IMG/VR virus record: IMGVR_UViG_3300033075_000428
Location: 1 to 64,000 of that record
DNA length: 64,000 bases
DNA from: a virus
Taxonomy: Duplodnaviria; Caudoviricetes
Strand: one strand, 5' to 3'
The notes beneath the pieces are model-generated. The model was not told the DNA's origin. It did no database searches and saw nothing but the letters and a program-made list of their open reading frames with translations. The translations under genes were made by a program, and so were the position numbers. Of this stretch, positions 20,309 to 29,873 are shown in pieces. Each line of letters opens with the position of its first letter. The stretch's first letter is position 1.

Positions 20309-20614
20309 TTATGCGCTTGGTGCTGAGAAGGGTGGTTCAGAGTTTTCGTTGCTATCCCTAGAAGCTAGGACACCTTCATGAAACGCTCTAAAGTTGGCTT
20401 CAAATCTATGAAGGAACGCTTTGTATAGTATCTCCTTTATGCGTTCCCCTGACTGAACCAACTTGTACTCACCGTTACCACGGGATACCATTATCGCTTG
20501 CATGCTTTCTGATTCATGAATCAGAACATCCTCTTGTGGTACTGTGACGAGGACGGGATTATTGAATCTGAGAAGGTCTAGATTCAGGACTTCAATTACA
20601 GTATCTGCTTGCAT
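20309..20614 (-). CDS. Hypothetical protein
   Basis: 101 aa ORF between Ro60 and tRNA. Confidence 0.65.
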   Translation of the reverse strand: MQADTVIEVLNLDLLRFNNPVLVTVPQEDVLIHESESMQAIMVSRGNGEYKLVQSGERIKEILYKAFLHRFEANFRAFHEGVLASRDSNENSEPPFSAPSA

Positions 20615-20665
20615 GTTATGCTCAGAGTGTATGTGTTAGAAAATGGAGAGAACGAGTTGGAAAGC

Positions 20666-22096
20666 TTACTGAGCAGATGCGTCATAAGCGGTTTCGAGTT
20701 GCTCAGCTACTTCCAAACCTTCATAGGCACGGATGTAGTCAAGGAACTTCTCTGACCAGCCACTGATTTCAGCTGTCCACACACCCTTGTAGTTAATGCC
20801 CTTTGCGTGTGCAGAAACATCAATAATGTAGTTCCGAGTGCCGAATGGGTTTGGCGTCTTGTTCACACGGTCACAGTCTTGGCTGTCAGAGAACACCAAG
20901 ATGCGGTCGACAGCTTCACCGTTCAAATCCTTCTTGATGTACTCAAGTGCTTGACGGGTGAAGATTCCGCCACCACCAAGTTTTCTTGATTTGTTCTCCA
21001 GCAATTCTGCCAATGCAAATCCACGAGTTGGAGTCACACGTTCGGTGTTATGAGTTCCTGCGTGGTCTTTGCCAGCAGTTGCATATACTGTGATGTTCTC
21101 ACATTGTTCACAAGCGAATACAGCCAATGCGATTGCAGCATCTTGCCGTGTCAACTGTGACTTGCTTGAAATTGCAGCACCCATGCTTCCTGAAAGGTCG
21201 ATGACCACCACGGTGTGACCCTTGATTTTCTCAACCGACTGGAACATCTTGAACATTGCTTCCTCAATCTCCCGTGCATATTTTGGTTGTTGCTTGTATG
21301 CAGAGTAGAAGTTCAATGGGAGTAGCCATTGATTGGAAACGTTGCGGAGTGCGTTCTTGATAATAGTACGGCTAACGCCAGCCTTCTCCATGTTGTTCAA
21401 GTTGCGCAACAGTGCCAGACCACCCAACTTGTTCTCGTTGAGCAAGCGAGTCCAAGAAGCTGTCTTGTCCTGTGAAGCAGACAATTCAACTTCCCAAGTG
21501 TCAGGAGTCTCAAGCTTGTTGTCTGCTACACGCTTGAATAGGTCTTCTTGAATCTTGTTCTGTGGCTTTGGGTGCACGAGGAACATGATGTCACGAAGGG
21601 TAACAGTCTTGCCATCGCCACGATACTTCGCCAAAGAGTACTCATTGAACTTCAGGAAGCAATTGGCAAGTGCACGTTTCACGGAAGCTGGCACAGGAGA
21701 TTTCTTGGTGTCACCCCAGTACAAAGCCATGAAGTCTGACATCTGGTCTGGACGCGTAATGATTGCTTCCAACACACGCTGTACATGCTTTTTGTGCTCA
21801 GGGTAGAGAAGCATCTCACGTGCGATGAACAGAGGCATGTGGCGAAGCTTCTGTTGGAGTCGGCATTCAATTGCCAAGTCAGCACAATCCTTTGCGTCAA
21901 CTTTCGGAATCAGTTCCTGAACCTTTTTGGCGTTGGCACTACCCGTGGTATATGCAAGGTCTTCCCACAGTAGGGAAGCCAGCACACAGCGACGAAGTTC
22001 GTCAAGCATAGATTGCTTTGCGGAACCCATCCCACCTGGGAGTGGATTCTCATTGTCAAATCGTTCGTCTTTCTTCTTCGGGTTAAGCTTGGACAT
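20666..22096 (-). CDS. rsr: Ro60/Rsr-family RNA-binding protein (TROVE + vWA)
   Basis: LRHMPL, RPDQM, KFNEYSLAKY, LRDIMFLVHPKP, LETPDTWEVELS, ALLRNLNNM, MIDAS IDLSGSM, VFSDSQ and C-terminal ISGWSE motifs. Confidence 0.93.
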   Translation of the reverse strand: MSKLNPKKKDERFDNENPLPGGMGSAKQSMLDELRRCVLASLLWEDLAYTTGSANAKKVQELIPKVDAKDCADLAIECRLQQKLRHMPLFIAREMLLYPEHKKHVQRVLEAIITRPDQMSDFMALYWGDTKKSPVPASVKRALANCFLKFNEYSLAKYRGDGKTVTLRDIMFLVHPKPQNKIQEDLFKRVADNKLETPDTWEVELSASQDKTASWTRLLNENKLGGLALLRNLNNMEKAGVSRTIIKNALRNVSNQWLLPLNFYSAYKQQPKYAREIEEAMFKMFQSVEKIKGHTVVVIDLSGSMGAAISSKSQLTRQDAAIALAVFACEQCENITVYATAGKDHAGTHNTERVTPTRGFALAELLENKSRKLGGGGIFTRQALEYIKKDLNGEAVDRILVFSDSQDCDRVNKTPNPFGTRNYIIDVSAHAKGINYKGVWTAEISGWSEKFLDYIRAYEGLEVAEQLETAYDASAQ

Positions 22097-22112
22097 GAGC
22101 AGACTCCATGTG

Positions 22113-22499
22113 TTAGTGTTTCAGTTCAGTGTTTAGTTCTTGCAAATTCGGAATGTCGATTTTCATGTGTTTTTCATTGGTCATGACATTATGAACTTCA
22201 TCTTTGAAGAACAGTGTCAGTGAACCATATTGTTCAAACCCAATTTCAATGTCTCGTCCCACCAATTTGTCAACGGAAAGATACTTGTGACTACCATACT
22301 TGGTAGGGAGCAATGTATTTGTCCTCGGGTCATAGCCTTGATAGCTAGCTTTAATGAATATCATTGGTGAATCCCAACCATAATAGGCTTGGTCTTCAAT
22401 ACCGTATTCAATGCGCTTTTCAAGTGCTAGAGCAGGGTAGATTCGATAGAGGCTCAGTAGCACTCTATTTCGTTCATCCGTGCTGAGCCTCATGACCAA
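22113..22499 (-). CDS. Hypothetical protein upstream of Ro60
   Basis: 128 aa ORF. Confidence 0.65.
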   Translation of the reverse strand: MVMRLSTDERNRVLLSLYRIYPALALEKRIEYGIEDQAYYGWDSPMIFIKASYQGYDPRTNTLLPTKYGSHKYLSVDKLVGRDIEIGFEQYGSLTLFFKDEVHNVMTNEKHMKIDIPNLQELNTELKH

Positions 22500-22611
22500 C
22501 GTACAGTTGTGTGTCTTTTCATGAATGCGCTCTCGTTGGAAGGTGGGGTACCCAACAGAGAACGAATTAACCAGTGTAAAACTTGGTAGGCTGACCTAGG
22601 AATTGGTCTAC

Positions 22612-22941
22612 TTAGCGAGTCCCAGAGCTTCGGGCGAAGTGGTCATGACTCACTGGCGTGAAGAACTTATTCGTGAATTCGATTCTGAGCATGTCAATGC
22701 CACTGAATTCCGAGATTTCTTCTAGCGTTACTGTTCTGTTCAAGACACGAGTTAGTCTTGAGAGGAAGTCATCGATTGGCATACATAGCCGTTCTTCAAA
22801 CAGCTGAAATTGCACTACTTCAAGGTCTGAGAACTGGAGCCAGAACTTGGTTTCTCCTAATTGAATCGCTTGTTCTCTGGTTAGCATAACGGTAGGTGTT
22901 ATTTGGGTACAGTGTCCTTTGGTTCGAACTTCGTTTTCCAA
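22612..22941 (-). CDS. Phage hypothetical protein (start probably MLTREQAI)
   Basis: ORF in coupled run. Confidence 0.65.
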   Translation of the reverse strand: MENEVRTKGHCTQITPTVMLTREQAIQLGETKFWLQFSDLEVVQFQLFEERLCMPIDDFLSRLTRVLNRTVTLEEISEFSGIDMLRIEFTNKFFTPVSHDHFARSSGTR

Positions 22942-23189
22942 CCATAGTTGAGCAAGAAGAATCCAGCAACCTTATTCGCGGAGTAGTCATTGTACTTCAG
23001 CCGTTTCTTCAAAGCAGAGAGGAACCAAGTCTTGAACTTGGATTCTTGCTCGGGAGTCCATTCACGAAGTGTGTACCAGTTTGGTTGCAACGTGAACTCA
23101 TAGTCATATTTTTCAAAACCAACTGCTTGAAACATCTTGTCAAGTGCTTCATCAATTAGTCGGTCATATGCTTTTGAAGTGCTGGTCAT
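22899..23189 (-). CDS. Hypothetical protein
   Basis: 96 aa ORF. Confidence 0.65.
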   Translation of the reverse strand: MTSTSKAYDRLIDEALDKMFQAVGFEKYDYEFTLQPNWYTLREWTPEQESKFKTWFLSALKKRLKYNDYSANKVAGFFLLNYGWKTKFEPKDTVPK

Positions 23190-23190
23190 A

Positions 23191-23242
23191 GCGAATACAA
23201 ATGTCCCACGTTGTGAGCCAGAAGGAACGACAACGTGGGACA
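23191..23242 (-). terminator. Hairpin, probable terminator
   Basis: 13-bp inverted repeat TGTCCCACGTTGT/ACAACGTGGGACA then TTTGTATTCGC on minus strand. Confidence 0.6.
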
Positions 23243-23264
23243 GTAAAGTGTTCTCAGCATGATA

Positions 23265-23597
23265 TTAGTCGATGCCTGCCCACCCAGTAGCAAATGCTAA
23301 CAGGGTTGCAATATTCACTGCGAAGATTGGAGAACCGTCTTTGTAAACGATAAGAACCATCTCACCAGGGGTTCCAGCGTTGTCAAAGGTCTTACCCTTC
23401 ACCTTTGCAGTCAGACCTTGTTCATCAGGCTCGTGCCAACTGTCTCGAACACCCAAGGTACGAGCAAGTGAACGCAATTGCTGACGAGTATTGATGTACT
23501 TCGCTTCCGTCAACATCTGCTCGTTGATGAGTTCTACTTCCCTCTCTTTGGAAGTTGACTCACTGATGGCGCGGATTACGTCGATTTCACTTGGCAT
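23265..23597 (-). CDS. Hypothetical protein with gp21-type cleavage-like leader
   Basis: ISES...LINE..LTEA in N-terminus. Confidence 0.65.
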   Translation of the reverse strand: MPSEIDVIRAISESTSKEREVELINEQMLTEAKYINTRQQLRSLARTLGVRDSWHEPDEQGLTAKVKGKTFDNAGTPGEMVLIVYKDGSPIFAVNIATLLAFATGWAGID

Positions 23598-23644
23598 CTT
23601 ACATCCTTGAATAGAACAACAGTAGATATAACTGTCATCGTTGC

Positions 23645-23941
23645 TTAGTTGTTCTTGGTGTCTACAATCTCACCACGACTGAGACGATAGTGGTAGAGAT
23701 GAGCAAAGTCTTTTAGTAGATACCAATTGTTTTCCGTCACAGGACAGAAGCCGTAGAGTATCTGATTCTCATCATTGTCTTTAATGAGAGCAAATTGCCT
23801 CACACCAGCTATCAAACGATAGATGATTTGGTACTTAAGTTTCCATGAGTCTATCTCATCAGGCACATACCCACCAGCGTTCAGTGTTGAAATCTTTGGG
23901 TCAAAGTAGGGTTGCCAGTGTATGCTGTTGTCCATTGTCAT
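23645..23941 (-). CDS. Hypothetical protein
   Basis: 98 aa, ATGA overlap with def. Confidence 0.65.
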   Translation of the reverse strand: MTMDNSIHWQPYFDPKISTLNAGGYVPDEIDSWKLKYQIIYRLIAGVRQFALIKDNDENQILYGFCPVTENNWYLLKDFAHLYHYRLSRGEIVDTKNN

Positions 23942-24639
23942 CTCCTCACAGGCAGGTCTGACAGATACTGCTCCAAGCTACGGCTAGGAAACTCTCTGAA
24001 GAAGTTGTGAGTGCGTTCATTCTCATATAGTCTACGAGCATGCTTAGATACTCGTTGAAGCTTTGGTCGTAGTAGTATCTTCTGAGTTTCTTCTACTCGG
24101 TCGAAGAAGTACAATCCATTGAGATGGTCAACTTCGTGTTGGATGATTCGTGCGTTCATGTTTTGAAACACACCGTCACATTCTTCAAAGAACTCGTTAC
24201 GGTATGTAACACGTATTCCATTGTGCCTCTTGACTGGTGCCGTGACTGTTGAATGTCCAATAGCCACACGAACTGACATGCAACCCTCAATGTCAAAAGA
24301 CGTCTCGTCAGAATACTCTACAATCTTTGGATTCAACAAAGTGCGCACAGTAGGACGTTCTGCTTCTTGGTCGCGAATCATAATGATTGAGTATCGTGAA
24401 CCAACTTGATTGGCAGCTAATCCAACACAACTACGTTGTGTACGAATTGTCTCAAACATTGAACGACAGAATTCTTGAACGTTCTCATTAATCTCAACAA
24501 CATCTTGAGATTTAAGCCTCAACGTTGGATGGTCATACAACACAATATTTCTTGCTGAGGGAAATTTTGATTTACCTTCAACTCGTGTAAAAACAGAAAG
24601 CCTATCAGTTTCTTGCAGTCGAAGTGGTATTGCTTCCAT
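23938..24639 (-). CDS. def: Peptide deformylase
   Basis: GLAANQVG, EGCMS and QHEVDHLNG signature motifs. Confidence 0.95.
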   Translation of the reverse strand: MEAIPLRLQETDRLSVFTRVEGKSKFPSARNIVLYDHPTLRLKSQDVVEINENVQEFCRSMFETIRTQRSCVGLAANQVGSRYSIIMIRDQEAERPTVRTLLNPKIVEYSDETSFDIEGCMSVRVAIGHSTVTAPVKRHNGIRVTYRNEFFEECDGVFQNMNARIIQHEVDHLNGLYFFDRVEETQKILLRPKLQRVSKHARRLYENERTHNFFREFPSRSLEQYLSDLPVRR

Positions 24640-25292
24640 TACAAAAGTCCTGCCATTGAAAGAAGCTTCTCTACTACTTCGATGTCCATCTTTGAGTAGA
24701 GTCCTTTGTTGGAAAATCTGTCAAGTGGTGCATTGCTGAAACATGTTGCTTTGTAGTTCGGGTCTTCTTTGCCTTCGTAAACAAACCAAGCAGAAGGAAC
24801 TTTGGAACCAACTGTGTGGATTTCAGAAGCGTGCATTGCGATGTGGTCACCTTCGTTCAACACCGTGAGCTTATCTTCAAGCATCGGCACTGTGCCAAGA
24901 GAATCGAACCCAATTCTTCCATGGGTGATTTGTGACGTGTACTCCCACTCAGTAATCCAGAAAGCGTGAAGGTGGTCGTCTTGCGTCTTCTTTGGCTTAC
25001 GAATAGTCCAATTAGTGATTGAACCTTTGACGCAATGAAGGGTCAAGTTACAATGGTGTGGGTGGAATGACAGAGACATGTTGCGACCGAATCTACCACT
25101 ATGCTCTGGGAGATTCATATACAACTCACAATCCTCTTCAGTGATGAAGAGACGAATGGTGTCTCCTTGGTTCTCTTTCAGAACAATGCTGTGAAGTCCA
25201 CGACAATGGCAGTTCAGCAAAGAACGGGAGAGGATTGTTTCCAGATTGTTCTGGAGACAGTGTTGGATGAATGGTTTGAAGTCAACTGACAT
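24639..25292 (-). CDS. Cupin-like (double-stranded beta-helix) protein
   Basis: FHPHH...EIHTV His motifs. Confidence 0.5.
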   Translation of the reverse strand: MSVDFKPFIQHCLQNNLETILSRSLLNCHCRGLHSIVLKENQGDTIRLFITEEDCELYMNLPEHSGRFGRNMSLSFHPHHCNLTLHCVKGSITNWTIRKPKKTQDDHLHAFWITEWEYTSQITHGRIGFDSLGTVPMLEDKLTVLNEGDHIAMHASEIHTVGSKVPSAWFVYEGKEDPNYKATCFSNAPLDRFSNKGLYSKMDIEVVEKLLSMAGLL

Positions 25293-25296
25293 GGTG

Positions 25297-26187
25297 TTAT
25301 CTCCGATACGGGGAATCCCAGTTTTCGACGTAATTCCTCCTTACGTCGGAGAACACACTGGCAATTACCGCACAGATAAGTGCAGTCATTGCAGTCCCAA
25401 CGAAAATCCCACCAACAATGCTCTCGGTGGTCTCGTGCTTAAGGTTGAATACACAGCTAAGGGTGATTGCATATCCGAGCAAGATAACTGGGAGCACCCT
25501 CATGAATACAAACTTCTTACTGCTTTCCCAAAACAGATATGGAAGTTTTCGAAGTGATGTCATGTGCTCTTCACCCCACTTGTGGACTAGAAATGTTCCA
25601 TTACTCTCGGAACTTGCGTGTCTCACATAGGCAAACAGCAATGGGTCTCTGCTCACGACGCGTGGGCGTTCTTGCAACTTGAAGTACTCTTTTGGTGCCA
25701 GAATGTAGTACTCAATTGTAGGAACAAATTCACGAAGTGAAATAGGGTCTAACGTAGACTTTACCTTTGTTGATTCGAACTCCTTCATCTTTTGAACAAT
25801 ATCAGATGGAAGTTCCCCGTTGTAGTGCTTAACGGGAAGGAACCGAAGTCCATACGTTAATGCGATGTGACGGATAGCTTCCCAGTTGTAGGACAAACTA
25901 TACGGGTCAGCACCCATTATCTTATGGTACTGTTCTGAAATGTCAGACTGTGTGCGTTCTATTTTACTCTTCGATTCAAGATGCTGAAACCCACGTTTAG
26001 TTAAATACACAACGTCTTCGCCTTCTGCGTCTTTCAACAAGGTCTTTGTCCACTCAACAATGTCCGTGGGTTTCACTCGATTGCCATTCTCATCTTCTGG
26101 CAAAACGAATTTAGCTGTGAGCTTCTTTAGCTCTTGTTCAATGATGACTGACATGTGCAAACTCCTAGGGTTTCTTCTTTGGTACAA
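25297..26187 (-). CDS. Hypothetical membrane protein (two C-terminal TM helices)
   Basis: Two hydrophobic segments near C terminus; start likely MSVIIEQ. Confidence 0.65.
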   Translation of the reverse strand: MYQRRNPRSLHMSVIIEQELKKLTAKFVLPEDENGNRVKPTDIVEWTKTLLKDAEGEDVVYLTKRGFQHLESKSKIERTQSDISEQYHKIMGADPYSLSYNWEAIRHIALTYGLRFLPVKHYNGELPSDIVQKMKEFESTKVKSTLDPISLREFVPTIEYYILAPKEYFKLQERPRVVSRDPLLFAYVRHASSESNGTFLVHKWGEEHMTSLRKLPYLFWESSKKFVFMRVLPVILLGYAITLSCVFNLKHETTESIVGGIFVGTAMTALICAVIASVFSDVRRNYVENWDSPYRR

Positions 26188-26677
26188 TGAACTCAGTTGC
26201 CACAGGTAGTAGAGACTTCATTGGACAAGTGTCGATGAACTCTGAAATCTCTCGCCGAAGTGTCTTTGGGAAGTTGCGACTAGCAGGGTGTGGCATGAGG
26301 ATGACAGTCTGTGCTTCAATTGCCTTAATTCGCGGCAACACCGTTTCCTTCGCAACTGAGCCGCAGATTATCACTAGTGTCTCTAGTTTGTGCTCTTGAA
26401 ATCTCGTGTTGATTTCTTGAATCACCTTCTCCGCATGGTCAACGTCAGGCTTCTTGTGGTCAGATGCAGAAGTGCCAATTTCTAGCGCAACGTTTCCGAA
26501 GTAGAGAACACGCTGGTCGCCGATAATTTGTCTTATCACCTTGGCACTATGGTTCCGTGGGTTGGGGACAAACAAACGACCACAGAAGCGTTTCATCGCT
26601 TCTGGATTGGAACTCCAAGCAGACTGTAGTATGCAGACAACGTTTGTTATCATTTGATGTGATGGAGTATCTTCCAA
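26165..26677 (-). CDS. Uracil-DNA-glycosylase-fold protein
   Basis: VIICGSVA...MPHPASR resembles UDG motif B. Confidence 0.5.
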   Translation of the reverse strand: MEDTPSHQMITNVVCILQSAWSSNPEAMKRFCGRLFVPNPRNHSAKVIRQIIGDQRVLYFGNVALEIGTSASDHKKPDVDHAEKVIQEINTRFQEHKLETLVIICGSVAKETVLPRIKAIEAQTVILMPHPASRNFPKTLRREISEFIDTCPMKSLLPVATEFIVPKKKP

Positions 26678-28628
26678 TTGCCAGAACCAAGATGTCGGTC
26701 AAGCTCCGTGGAATACCCATCAATGATGGTTTGGACAGGGTCGGCAGACTGCTCTTCTGTGAAGTCGAAACAGAATGGGTCTGCGCTTGGATATCCGTCG
26801 ACATAAAGCAAATATCTATTCTTCTCCTGCTCTTGCAGTCCTAACTTGTAGAGTACTAAACTAAACACGTCTTTTCTCGTAAGATGACACAAATTTCCAT
26901 TCTTGTCGACAGCCAGATTGCTCAGCATGTTGTTCTCCGTTCCTCTTGGTGATGGGTTCTTTGTCCGTCTGACGTTTGTGTTCTCTCAGCAATTGGCTTC
27001 GACAAATTATCTTTGCCTCTTGTGCAGTGGTATTACAGGGAGTGGGATTAACTTCGGTATCGATTGAAGTGCTAGTTCCTTGTCAATGAACTGTTGAAGT
27101 TCTTCCAGCAACTCACCAGTTACTGGTGCAATGACATGCTTTCCATTTATGGACTCTATTCCGCACTTAACACGAATCGCTTCCTGCAATGAGTGGAACG
27201 TCTCCTCTCCATTCTTGCCCATGATGGTGATGTTCTCACCAATCATTTGAGAACCACTCTGTATTGCGCAGAGCATACGACCATAAATGGTCATATAGAA
27301 CTTGGCAGTTGCATATCTGGTTGCTTCATCCCGTGTCACTGTTCTCCCTGCTCTGATAGTTCTTGTTCCTTCACATGCAAGAATTTGAGATACTTGACTT
27401 CACCTTTTGGCATCTTCATAGGTTGTATAGACGCTAAATTGTCTATTCCAAAGACACGGAAAGCATGTCTGTAAGAGTACACCGAGTGTTTGTTCCCAGC
27501 TTTGTCAATCCAATGGAGTGGCTTACCTTGCTTCCTCTTGAGTTGGGCTTTCCAATTCTCAAGTGAGAACATACGTTCAATCAACTTAGTACCAACTGAT
27601 GACCAATCAGGAAGTATACTGGGTTTGTCACTTGGTTCAATATTCATCGTTGTCAGTCCAATCGTATTTGTATGGTGCTGATTTTCCAGAGAACAGAAGC
27701 AATGTGCCTACGTTGAATAGCCACAGAATGCCAAACAGGAAGTCGGTTTCTCGTTGGTATTGTTCTTCCCCGAGGAAAAGAAAAATGAACATGGTAATCA
27801 TGCTCACAGCAATGACTGACATGAACGCGTAGAATCGAAAGTTACGAATTCTTGCCAAACGATGATTTGGTGTAGATTCCATTACAGGTTCCAATGTAGG
27901 TAGATGTTCCTTGCGGTTGCCCTCAGCAACCCAGAGTGTTTTATCTTCTACGATTTTGTTGTAGCACTCTATCAAACATTTGCCCTGAACACCAAACCAG
28001 CAAGAGCGAAATGTGTAATCGTTGTACATTACATAGAGCGTATGCCCAAGTGAAATGTAAACGCCAAAGACTTTGTTCTGCTTCTTTGCTACTTCTCGAA
28101 TGACATCGTTGTAGAACCCATCAGAGCAGGATTCGTCACACCCACAGGAATTCTTGTTCTCATATACGAAGTTCTCAGTGTTGACTATCATTCAACGCAG
28201 CCCTTCTTAGCTCTCTTGTAAATCTCTTGCAGGTCATCTGTGTGGACAGAATCGCACTCTTCACTGGTTTTGAAGAGATTGCCGAATTCGAACAATTCAC
28301 GATGGAAGTCTAGGTAATGGTCAAAGATGAAACCTACGGTCTTTCCAACGGAATCCTTGTAGAAGACTTTATCTCCATTTTTGGGGAACCAGATTTCTTC
28401 TTCAATGAATCTTGGTGGTATCTCAATAACGTGATACGCTTTGATGCTCTTCGGTGTATTCTCTGATACAACGTAGTGTGCAAACCTATGACGGTCTTGT
28501 ACTGGCACCATTACAGAATAACCTAGAAGCTCTGGTGGGAATTTGCCATCAGCTGGAAGTCGTGTCCAAAACTCATTGGATGCCTTGTGGTCAAGTTCCA
28601 GCTGTTCAAACTGCTTCATTGTCATCAT
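26650..28628 (-). other. Run of five small hypothetical CDS (26650-26928, 27007-27339, 27336-27647, 27637-28191, 28188-28628)
   Basis: Tightly packed, overlapping start/stop codons. Confidence 0.6.
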
Positions 28629-28745
28629 GTTTCGTTCCCCAATTTCTGTTCAGCGTCATATCACTGTAAGGAGAAGAACGAAATCTAGGGTCATATAACA
28701 GGATGAGTGGGAGAACAACCGATGATATTGGTATTGACTAGTTAA

Positions 28746-29810
28746 TCAATACAAGTCGTTGTCATTATTATCAAAATCTATCATCATCTCCTTATGACTT
28801 GAGATGTCGACTAATTCAATCGGGCGTTTGGCAGTTGATGCTAGTTCTTTGTAGAACTCTAAATCTTTTCTGGTCGTCTTGTTGTACCAAATTTGGATAA
28901 TGAATGTATTCTGCTCATTCTTAGACAGATTTATTACCACGTAGTTATTTGGTTCCTCAACTACTAGCTCCTGAAATTCCTGTGGGTTTATTCTTGAGAT
29001 TAGCTCTGTCTGTTCTTCAACAGGGAGAGAGCCCAGTGACACCACTTTTCCGAAGTACTCGCTTTCTGGATTCAAATCATATTCGAAATAGAACTCATCA
29101 CGATTGTTGTTAACGTACTTATACAAATCTCTAGGGTTGCGAAGTACAAGCTTCTTATCCTTGTATACACCCTGTATCTTTGTTACTATCTCTGTCTCTT
29201 TTGGGTTTACAATCCCCATACTCTTGAGCCATTTTAGCTCTTCATTAGCAGAGTGAATTGAACCTCCATGTCCGTCTTTGATAAAGACCTTAATGTGAGG
29301 GTACTTTTCTAAGAAATCTAGTAGAGTTGAAGAAATCTCTGTGTTTGTAACCCCGTGAAAGAAGTCGTTGTAAGTACCCTTATCATAGCCTCGAGATTTC
29401 CATGGTAACATCTTCTTTCTGATTACGATGATACCTGTAATGTACTTTCCAATTTGATTGATTGTACTCCCCACAAACTCTTCTGCTTCATCTGATACCC
29501 AACCATCACTATGGTCTACTGGTTCTACTTTAAAGTTATCTGACAACTTATCTCCGTCAACCACAATCTGATAGGTATAGTTCTTTTCTCTCCCAGCGAC
29601 TGCATCGTAGTTTTTGTTACGAGTGAAAGACGTTGGTGCATCTAGCTTGTTATTTCTAAGCATGTAAATGAACTTTGTAGTGTCCATAACATGATAAATA
29701 GTACCAACTTGTTTGCTCTCTATTAACCTAGATACAATGAAGCTAATAGAATCAGATGATTCTATCAAATCTCGGGTTGACGGCATAACGGTAGTTCGCT
29801 CACTGTTCAC
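28746..29810 (-). CDS. AT-rich protein with putative head-targeting leader and ADP-ribosyltransferase-like domain
   Basis: DLIESS..RLIESK leader; IYH...TSFTR...DEAEE pattern resembles ART fold. Confidence 0.5.
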   Translation of the reverse strand: MNSERTTVMPSTRDLIESSDSISFIVSRLIESKQVGTIYHVMDTTKFIYMLRNNKLDAPTSFTRNKNYDAVAGREKNYTYQIVVDGDKLSDNFKVEPVDHSDGWVSDEAEEFVGSTINQIGKYITGIIVIRKKMLPWKSRGYDKGTYNDFFHGVTNTEISSTLLDFLEKYPHIKVFIKDGHGGSIHSANEELKWLKSMGIVNPKETEIVTKIQGVYKDKKLVLRNPRDLYKYVNNNRDEFYFEYDLNPESEYFGKVVSLGSLPVEEQTELISRINPQEFQELVVEEPNNYVVINLSKNEQNTFIIQIWYNKTTRKDLEFYKELASTAKRPIELVDISSHKEMMIDFDNNDNDLY

Positions 29811-29873
29811 GAAGAATTGCCTCGAACAGATTAAAACGAATCTGTATAGTATTACCCAACTAGCGGAACAGTA

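Noticed and set aside
22557-22660. Additional Y RNA next to Ro60 (GCCCGAAG ... UUCGUUCUCU)
   Set aside because: No closing terminal stem or UGGUGUAG/UACUUC core, and it overlaps a coding 3' end
28705-28775. Y-like element at the stop of 28746-29810 (hairpin + CGGUUGUUCUCCC)
   Set aside because: 5' core motif absent; more simply a 3' stability hairpin
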